The notes beneath the pieces are model-generated. The model searched no databases. It was given only the letters and a program-made list of their open reading frames with translations, and was not told the origin of the DNA. Below are positions 54,701-64,000 of a DNA stretch of 64,000 bases, one piece after another. Source of the stretch: Haplodiscus bocki (lineage: Eukaryota). The stretch lies in NCBI GenBank assembly GCA_965655095.1, contig OZ296648.1, positions 106,206,001 to 106,270,000 on the forward strand, given 5' to 3'. Position numbers and translations under genes: made by a program. Position 1 is the stretch's first letter. Every line of letters starts with the position of its first letter.

Positions 54701-57700
54701 CGATAAGTTTTTTACTTTCTTGTACTTATAGTCGTATATGTATGTGAAGTGTATGGATATATGTCTAGATACCTTGGTAGTTTTTTCTGTTGGAAGGTAA
54801 AGGTGAAAATATCATTGAATGTTATACGCTTTTTCCTAATGCCCCCAGGTGTTAGAGCTGTAAGTGGGAAAATTTGGGAGCCGGCTCCGGTAGTTGTTCT
54901 AGAGTCAGAGATTTAACATGTCTTTGAAGAGTTGACGCGACAGTTGCATGCTTAACTGAGACATCCACTTGGATCATATTGATGCAATCGGCGGCCAGTC
55001 TGGTGCCGTTCCTTAGCCGTTTTGTTGGAGCTCAGATGAATTTTTCCATCAGTCTAAACATGTGCTCGAATGGTTTATTACTTCGCTCAGCTGATCAAAA
55101 CTTGAGACAAACCCTTTCGGCATGTTTGACCAGTTTGCTGCTGTTTAATGCATGTTTCTTGTCGGGAGTGTGTTAACTGGACAAAATACAAACAATATAC
55201 CTTTCAAATAATAAATGGCTGTTTTTTAAAATTTCTCGCGCAGTTTTCGCTATACACATCAACATTTCGTGGCGCTGCGCTACCAGGGAACTAAAAAAAT
55301 GCAGTTCCACAGGAACATCAAATCATTCATAATATTGCTTGATGCAAACACATGTTACTAATTGCGCAAACACATGTTACTAATTGCGTCATTGAAGATC
55401 GGGCATCTTCGGATTGTATGTTTTTGAAGAATACAACGCATTTCTTAGTAGTGGCCGTTGATGACGACTCGTTCACTTATTAGCGAATAGGTTATTTGAA
55501 ATGTTTTTACGTGTTGCAAAATGTGTATTTGATCTTTTATGTCTATAATATGCACTTTTTTTGAAATGTCTGACGCCTATATCACAAAATTAAGTATTCG
55601 ATTTGACTTCAACCTTTCTGAAAAAATGACCAGCATAAATTTCAACTGTTGCGGTCCCTTACTATTTCTTTGTTCAATTATCAAAACAAATTCAGTGGCC
55701 AATTCATCATTTCAACTCTTTCAGGCTTTCCGAGTAAGAATCCTTAGTGGAGTTACCCCCTCCATGAATCGTTTCTTTCGAACTGATTGGTTTAGACTTC
55801 CTCCTATAGCAAGCGATAATGCCAAACAGTGGAGGACATTGGTTAGAAGTCAACTCCAAAGACTCTGGCGATAGACCTAACTTTTGCTCATGACGCTACC
55901 ACTATGAGTCGAAAATATATGAGGATTGATTTCAATATTACGGATATGACAATTATGCGATTTTTATAATCTCAGTTGTGGCCATATTTACAAAACAAAT
56001 CACGCTTTTTTTTGTGGGCCTGATGCCCTTATTTTTTTTATTTACCTCTCCGACACCTGAAGGCATTTTAAAAAAAAGCGTAAGGCTTTCAAAAAGGTTT
56101 TCACAATTTTTTCTACCTTTGTTTGTATATGTTTGTGAAGTGTGTTGATATATTTTTAGATAGTTTGGTAGATTTTTATGTGTTGGAAGGTAAATGTGAA
56201 AATATCATTCAACATCTTACGCTCTTTCCTAATGTCCCCAAGTGTTCGGGAGGTAATTGAAAATAATTAGAGGAGTAGGCTCCGGGAATTGCTCTAGAAT
56301 CGGGGTTTCAACATGTCTTCGGAAAGTTGCTGCGACAGTTGCATGCCTAAATGGGACGTCGACTTGGCTCATACTGATGCAATCGGCGGCCAGTCTGGTG
56401 CCGTTCCTCAACCGTATTGTTGGAGCTCAGATGAATTTTTCCATCAGTCTAAACATGTGCTCTATTGGTTGATTACTTTGCTCAGCTAATCAAAATTGAG
56501 ACAAACCCTTTTGGCATGCTTGGCCAATTTGCTCCTGCCGAAAGCATGTTTTTTGTCGGCAGTGTTAACTGGACAAAAAACACCCAATATACCTTTCAAT
56601 TAGTAAATGGCTGTTTTTTAAATATTCTCGCTCAATTTCCGCTATACACATCAACATTTCGTGGAGCTGCGCGACCAGGGAAACCGAAAAAAAATGGCAA
56701 ATGAGCCGAACGTCAACTCATTCATATTGTTGATTGATGTGAAAACATTACCAGTTTGGTCATTCAAGATCGGGCAACATCGGATCGTATGTTTTTCTAG
56801 CATACAACACTTTTCGTAGTGGGCGTTGATGACGAGTCGTTCATTTGTCACGGAATATATTATTGGAAACATTTTTTAAAACCGTTGCGAAATGTGTATT
56901 TGATTTTTTATGTCTACAATTGGCACTTCTTTTGAAATCTCTACTGCACAAATATATCAGAATTTTTAACTTTTGGCTTGACTTCAATCAATCTGCGTAA
57001 ACACTGGCATAAAGTTCAATTGTCGCTGTCATTTGCTGTTTTTTTCGTTAGAATATTAAAAAAACCCCACTGGCCAACTCATCATTTCAACTCTCTCAGG
57101 CTTTGTGACTGAGCATTCCTAGTGAAGTTCCCCCTTCACAGAATCATTTTCCTTCGATCACATTGGTTTCTAGTTCCTCCTTTAGAAAGCGAATATGCCA
57201 AAGATTGGGGGATATTGGTTAGAGGTGATTTCCAAACACTTCGGCTGTAGCTATAACTTTTACCATTGACACTACCACTATAGGAGGCGAAATTGGATAA
57301 GGATTGAATGCATTTAAAAATGATAATTGACAAATATGCGTTTTTTATCTCAAAAGTGGCCATATTTCAGAATAAATCATGCATTTTTGTAAGCCTGGTG
57401 CCCTGATCTTTCTCATATACCTCCCCAACACCTGTGGGCAATATAAAAAAGCGTCAGACTTCCGATAAGTTTTTTACTTTCTTGTACTTATATTCGTATA
57501 TGTATGTGAAGTGTATGGATATATGTCTAGATACCTTGGTAGTTTTTTCTGTTGGAAGGTAAAGGTGAGAATATAATTGAATGTTTATACGCTTTTTCAT
57601 AATGCCCCCAGGTGTTAGAGATGTAAATGGGAAAATTTGGGAGCCGGCTCCGGTAACTGTTCTAGAATCAGAGATTTAACATGTCTTTGAAGAGTTGCCG

Positions 57701-59576
57701 TGACAGTTGCATGCTTAACAGACATCCACTTGGATCATATTGATGCAATCGGCGGCCAGTCTGGTGCCGTTCCTTAGCCGTTTTGTTGGAGCTCAGATGA
57801 ATTTTTCCATCAGTCTAAACACGTGCTCTAATGGTTGATTACTTCGCTCAGCTGATCAAAACTTGAGACAAACCCTTTCGGCATGCTTGACCAGTTTGCT
57901 TTTGTTTAATGCATGTTTTTTGTCGGGAGTGTGTTAACTGGACAAAATACAAACAATATACCTTTCAAATAATAAATGGCTGTTTTTTAAAATTTCTCGC
58001 GCAGTTTTCGCTATACACATCAACGTTTCGTGGCGCTGCGCTACCAGGGAACTAAAAAAATGCAGTTTAACAGGAACATAAAATCATTCATAATATTGCT
58101 TGATGCAAACACATGTTACTAATTGCGCAAACACATGTTACTAATTGCGTCATTGAAGATCGGGCATCTTCGGATTGTATGTTTTTGAAGAATACAACGC
58201 ATTTCTTAGTAGTGGCCGTTGATGACGACTCGTTCATTTATTAGCGAATAGGTTATTTGAAATGTTTTTACGTGTTGCAAAATGTGTATTTGATCTTTTA
58301 TGTCTATAATATGCACTTTTTTTGAAATGTCTGACGCCTATATCACAAAATTAAGTATTCGATTTGACTTCAACCTTTCTGAAAGAATGACCAGCATAAA
58401 TTTCAACTGTTGCGGTCCCTTACTATTTCTTTGTTCAATTATCAAAACAAATTCAGTGGCCAATTCATCATTTCAACTCTTTCAGGCTTTCCGAGTAAGA
58501 ATCCTTAGTGGAGTTACCCCCTCCATGAATCGTTTCTTTCGAACTGATTGGTTTAGACTTCCTCCTATGGCAAGCGATAATGCCAAACAGTGGAGGACAT
58601 TGGTTAGAAGTCAACTCCAAAGTCTCTGGCGATAGACCTAACTTTTGCTCATGACGCTACCACTATGAGTCGAAAATATATGAGGATTGATTTCAATAAT
58701 ACGGATATGACAATTATGCGATTTTTATAATCTCAGTAGTGGCCATATTTACAAAACAAATCACGCTTTTTTTTGTGGGCCTGATGCCCTTATTCTTTTT
58801 ATTTACCTCTCCGACACCTTAAGGCATTTTAAAAAAAAGCGTAAGGCTTTCAAAAAGGTTTTCACAATTTTTTCTACCTTTGTTTGTATATGTTTGTGAA
58901 ATGTGTTGATATATTTTTAGGTAGTTTGGTAGATTTTTATGTGTTGGAAGGTACATGTGAAAATATCATTCAACATCTTACGCTCTTTCCTAATGCCCCC
59001 AAGTGTTCGGGAGGTAATTGAAAATAATTAGAGGAGTAGGCTCCGGGAATTGCTCTAGAATCGGGGTTTCAACATGTCTTCGGAAAGTTGCTGCGACAGT
59101 TGCATGCCTAAATGGGACGTCGACTTGGCTCATACTGATGCAATCGGCGGCCAGTCTGGTGCCGTTCCTCAACCGTATTGTTGGAGCTCAGATGAATTTT
59201 TCCATCAGTCTAAACATGTGCTCTAATGGTTGATTACTTTGCTCAGCTAATCAAAACTTGAGACAAACCCTTTTGGCATGCTTGGCCAATTTGCTCCTGC
59301 TGAAAGCATGTTTTTTGTCGGCAGTGTTAACTGCACAAAAAACACCCAATATACCTTTCAATTAGTAAATAGCTGTTTTTTAAATGTTCTCGCCCAGTTT
59401 CCGCTATACACATCAACATTTCGTGGAGCTGCGCGACCAGGGAAACCGAAAAAAATGGCAAATGAGCCGAACGTCAAATCATTCATATTGTTGATTGATG
59501 TGAAAACATTACCAGTTTGGTCATTCAAGATCGGGCAACATCGGATTGTATGTTTTTGTAGCATACAACACTTTTC

Positions 59577-59624
59577 GTAGTGGGCGTTGATGACGAGTCG
59601 GTAGTGGGCGTTGTTGACGAGTCG
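59577..59624. repeat. 24-bp tandem duplication GTAGTGGGCGTTGATGACGAGTCG (one mismatch in the second copy)
   Basis: Read directly; also visible as the duplicated RLV(N/I)NAHY peptide in ORF 59358-59657. Confidence 0.95.
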
Positions 59625-62354
59625 TTCATTTGTCACGGAATATATTATTGGAAACATTTTTTAAAACCGTTGCGAAATGTGTATTTGATTTTTTATGTCT
59701 ACAATTGGCACTTCTTTTGAAATCTCTACTGCACATATATATCAGAATTTTTGGTTTGACTTCAATCAATCTGCGTAAACACTGGCATAAAGTTCAATTG
59801 TCGCTGTCATTTGCTGTTTTTTTCGTTAGAATATTAAAAAAACCTCACTGGCCAACTCATCATTTCAACTCTCTCAGGCTTTGTGACTGAGCATTCCTAG
59901 TGAAGTTCCCCCTTCACAGAATCATTTTCCTTCGATCACATTGGTTTCTAGTTCCTCCTTTAGAAAGCGAATATGCCAAAGATTGGGGGATATTGGTTAG
60001 AGGTGATTTCCAAACACTTCGGCTGTAGCTATAACTTTTACCATTGACACTACCACTATAGGAGGTGAAATTGGATAAGGATTGAATGCATTTAAAAATG
60101 ATAATTGACAAATATGCGTTTTTTATCTCAAAAGTGGCCATATTTCAGAATAAATCATGCATTTTTGTAAGCCTGGTGCCCTGATCTTTCTCATATACCT
60201 CCCCAACACCTGTGGGCAATATAAAAAAGCGTCAGACTTCCGATAAGTTTTTTACTTTCTTGTACTTATATTCGTATATGTATGTGAAGTGTATGGATAT
60301 ATGTCTAGATACCTTGGTAGTTTTTTCTGTTGGAAGGTAAACGTGAGAATATAATTGAATGTTTATACGCTTTTTCATAATGCCCCCAGGTGTTAGAGAT
60401 GTAAATGGGAAAATTTGGGAGCCGGCTCCGGTAACTGTTCTAGAATCAGAGATTTAACATGTCTTTGAAGAGTTGCCGTGACAGTTGCATGCTTTACAGA
60501 CATCCACTTGGATCATATTGATGCAATCGGCGGCCAGTCTGGTGCCGTTCCTTAGCCGTTTTGTTGGAGCTCAGATGAATTTTTCCATCAGTCTAAACAC
60601 GTGCTCTAATGGTTGATTACTTCGCTCAGCTGATCAAAACTTGAGACAAACCCTTTCGGCATGCTTGAACAGTTTGCTTCTGTTTAATGCATGTTTTTTG
60701 TCGGGAGTGTGTTAACTGGACAAAATACAAACAATATACCTTTCAAATAATAAATGGCTGTTTTTTAAAATTTCTCGCGCAGTTTTCGCTATACACATCA
60801 ACATTTCGTGGCGCTGCGCTACCAGGGAATTAAAAAAATGCAGTTTAACAGGAACATCAAATCATTCATAATATTGCTTGATGCAAACACATGTTACTAA
60901 TTGCGCAAACACATGTTACTAATTGCGTCATTGAAGATCGGGCATCTTCGGATTGTATGTTTTTGAAGAATACAACGCATTTCTTAGTAGTGGCCGTTGA
61001 TGACGACTCGTTCATTTATTAGCGAATAGGTTATTTGAAATGTTTTTACGTGTTGCAAAATGTGTATTTGATCTTTTATGTCTATAATATGCACTTTTTT
61101 TGAAATGTCTGACGCCTATATCACAAAATTAAGTATTCGATTTGACTTCAACCTTTCTGAAAGAATGACCAGCATAAATTTCAACTGTTGCGTTCCCTTA
61201 CTATTTCTTTGTTCAATTATCAAAACAAATTCAGTGGCCAATTCATCATTTCAACTCTTTCAGGCTTTCCGAGTAGGAATCCTTAGTGGAGTTACCCCCT
61301 CCATGAATCGTTTCTTTCGAACTGATTGGTTTAGACTTCCTCCTATGGCAAGCGATAATGCCAAACAGTGGAGGACATTGGTTAGAAGTCAACTCCAAAG
61401 TCTCTGGCGATAGACCTAACTTTTGCTCATGACGCTACCACTATGAGTCGAAAATATATGAGGATTGATTTCAATAATACGGATATGACAATTATGCGAT
61501 TTTTATAATCTCAGTAGTGGCCATATTTACAAAACAAATCACGCTTTTTTTTGTGGGCCTGATGCCCTTATTCTTTTTATTTACCTCTCCGACACCTTAA
61601 GGCATTTTAAAAAAAAGCGTAAGGCTTTCAAAAAGGTTTTCACAATTTTTTCTACCTTTGTTTGTATATGTTTGTGAAGTGTGTTGATATATTTTTAGGT
61701 AGTTTGGTAGATTTTTATGTGTTGGAAGGTAAATGTGAAAATATCATTCAACATCTTACGCTCTTTCCTAATGCCCCCAAGTGTTCGGGAGGTAATTGAA
61801 AATAATTAGAGGAGTAGGCTCCGGGAATTGCTCTAGAATCGGGGTTTCAACATGTCTTCGGAAAGTTGCTGCGACAGTTGCATGCCTAAATGGGACGTCG
61901 ACTTGGCTCATACTGATGCAATCGGCGGCCAGTCTGGTGCCGTTCCTCAACCGTATTGTTGGAGCTCAGATGAATTTTTCCATCAGTCTAAACATGTGCT
62001 CTAATGGTTGATTACTTTGCTCAGCTAATCAAAACTTGAGACAAACCCTTTTGGCATGCTTGGCCAATTTGCTCCTGCTGAAAGCATGTTTTTTGTCGGC
62101 AGTGTTAACTGCACAAAAAACACCCAATATACCTTTCAATTAGTAAATAGCTGTTTTTTAAATGTTCTCGCCCAGTTTCCGCTATACACATCAACATTTC
62201 GTGGAGCTGCGCGACCAGGGAAACCGAAAAAAATGGCAAATGAGCCGAACGTCAAATCATTCATATTGTTGATTGATGTGAAAACATTACCAGTTTGGTC
62301 ATTCAAGATCGGGCAACATCGGATTGTATGTTTTTGTAGCATACAACACTTTTC

Positions 62355-62402
62355 GTAGTGGGCGTTGATGACGAGTCGGTAGTGGGCGTTGATGACGAGT
62401 CG
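62355..62402. repeat. Same 24-bp tandem duplication, perfect copy
   Basis: Lies 2778 bp (one dimer) downstream of the 59577 copy. Confidence 0.95.
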
Positions 62403-64000
62403 TTCATTTGTCACGGAATATATTATTGGAAACATTTTTTAAAACCGTTGCGAAATGTGTATTTGATTTTTTATGTCTTTAATTGGCACTTCTTTTGAAA
62501 TCTCTACTGCACAAATATATCAGAATTTTTAACTTTTGGTTTGACTTCAATCAATCTGCGTAAATCACTGGCATAAAGTTCAATTATCGCTGTCATTTGC
62601 TGTTTTTTCGTTAGAATATTAAAAAAACCTCACTGCCCAACTCATCATTTCAACTCTCTCAGGCTTTGTGACTGAGCATTCCTAGTGAAGTTCCCCCTTC
62701 ATAGAATCATTTTCCTTCGATCACATTGGTTTATAGTTCCTCCTTTAGAAAGCGAATATGCCAAAGATTGGGGGATATTGGTTAGAGGTGATTTCCAAAC
62801 ACTTCGGCTGTAGCAATAACTTTTACCATTGACACTACCACTATAGGAGGCGAAATTGGATAAGGATTGAATGCATTTAAAAATGATAATTGACAAATAT
62901 GCGTTTTTTTTAAATCTCAAAAGTGGCCATCTTTCAGAATAAATCATGCATTTTTGTAGGCCTGGTGCCCTGATCTTTTTCATATACCTCCCCAACACCT
63001 GTGGGCAATATAAAAAAGCGTCAGACTTCCGATAAGTTTTTTACTTTCTTGTACTTATGGTCGTATATGTATGTGAAGTGTATGGATATATGTCTAGATA
63101 CCTTGGTAGTTTTTTCTGTTGGAAGGTAAAGGTGAAAATATTATTGAATGTTATACGCTTTTTCATAATGCCCCCAGCTGTTAGAGCTGTAAATGGGAAA
63201 TTTTGGGAGCAGGCTCCGGTAGTTGTTCTAGAGTCAGAGATTTAACATGTCTTTGAAGAGTTGACGCGACAGTTGCATGCCTAAATGGGACGTCGACTTG
63301 GCTCATACTGATGCAATCGGCGGCCAGTCTGGTGCCGTTCCTCAACCGTATTGTTGGGGCTCAGATGAATTTTTCCATCAGTCTAAACATGTGCTCTAAT
63401 GGTTGATTACTTCGCTCAGCTGATCAAAACTTGAGACAAACCCTTTCTGAATGCTTGACCAGTTTGCTTCTGTTTAATGCATGTTTTTTGTCGGGAGTGT
63501 GTTAACTGGACAAAATACAAACAATATACCTTTCAAATAATAAACGGCTGTTTTTTTAAAATTTCTGGCGCAGTTTTCGCTATACACATCAACATTTCGT
63601 GGCGCTGCGCTACCAGGGAACTAAAAAAATGCAGTTTAACAGGAACATAAAATCATTCATAATATTGCTTGATGCAAACACATGTTACTAATTGCGCAAA
63701 CACATGTTACTAATTGCGTCATTGAAGATCGGGCATCTTCGGATTGTATGTTTTTGAAGAATACAACGAATTTCTTAGTAGTGGCCGTTGATGACGACTC
63801 GTTCATTTATTAGCGAATAGGTTATTTGAAATGTTTTTACGTGTTGCAAAATGTGTATTTGATCTTTTATGTCTATAATATGCACTTTTTTTGAAATGTC
63901 TGACGCCTATATCACAAAATTAAGTATTCGATTTGACTTCAACCTTTCTGAAAAAATGACCAGCATAAATTTCAACTGTTGCGGTCCCTTACTATTTCTT

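Larger units (their letters stand above)
1..64000. repeat. Macrosatellite / complex satellite array, ~1.36-1.40 kb monomer, head-to-tail, running off both window edges
   Basis: Anchor (C/T)(A/C)GGCTCCG at 471, 1841, 3143, 4539, 5913, 7873, 9841, 11808, 13773, 15167, 16549, 17977, 19358, 20661, 22060, 23443, 24825, 26206, 27509, 28916, 30283, 31657, 33018, 34380, 35741, 37104, 38465, 39826, 41189, 42552, 44605, 46655, 48704, 50095, 51464, 53512, 54881, 56276, 57644, 59037, 60422, 61815, 63210. The ORF track repeats with the same periods. Confidence 0.98.
48704..64000. repeat. HOR domain 6: B-A dimers of ~2.76-2.79 kb, interrupted at 51464-54880 by a 2.05 kb unit plus a locally duplicated hybrid monomer
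   Basis: B at 48704, 54881, 57644, 60422 and 63210; A (head GAGGAGTAGGCTCCGGGAATTGC) at 50095, 56276, 59037 and 61815. Dimer periods are 2763, 2778 and 2788. Confidence 0.88.

Noticed and set aside
55539-55874. 111-aa ORF in B monomers (also 28176, 58300, 61078)
   Set aside because: Frameshifted or truncated in other B copies (14436, 17245, 49362, 52120) and closed in A copies; no homology recognised.
742-63245. Recurrent 60-117 aa ORFs as a tandem gene family (e.g. MFPIIYSVTNERL..., MLGKFPPAES...)
   Set aside because: They overlap on both strands, often start at non-ATG codons, are broken by homopolymer indels and stops in sister copies, and show no recognisable domain. Recurrence is explained by the DNA repeat.
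1-64000. 5S rDNA, histone, snRNA/SL-RNA or tRNA tandem cluster
   Set aside because: No recognisable sequence of these genes on either strand of the monomer.
1-64000. Whole array as an assembly artefact
   Set aside because: Copies carry hierarchical, shared diagnostic variants and indels. Only the exact copy number in near-identical blocks is uncertain.

Overview
The whole 64 kb is one head-to-tail tandem array of an AT-rich ~1.36-1.40 kb monomer, all copies in the same orientation. It looks like a eukaryotic macrosatellite or complex satellite. I counted 43 copies of the anchor motif (C/T)(A/C)GGCTCCG, from 471 to 63210. There is no unique sequence and no supportable protein-coding gene, tRNA, rRNA or CRISPR array; the ORF track only repeats short ORFs that are frame-broken in sister copies. 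Two deep monomer families are present. Family A has several local subtypes. Family B is marked by a 22-bp tandem duplication and a divergent 3' two-thirds. They form successive higher-order repeat (HOR) domains: ~4.07-4.08 kb trimers, a ~1.97 kb deletion-derived unit, a very homogeneous 1361-1363 bp monomer block, a ~2.05 kb deletion-derived unit, and ~2.76-2.79 kb dimers. The main hidden structure is a ~260 bp imperfect inverted repeat (GAGCCTG...CAGGCTC, arms ~65-95 bp) in every intact monomer. It suggests the satellite derives from or carries a MITE/TIR element, or is an array of hairpin-RNA templates. The array also records its own turnover: chimeric monomers, patchy long-range conversion tracts, amplified deletions and a templated insertion. 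All coordinates and identities were read by eye.
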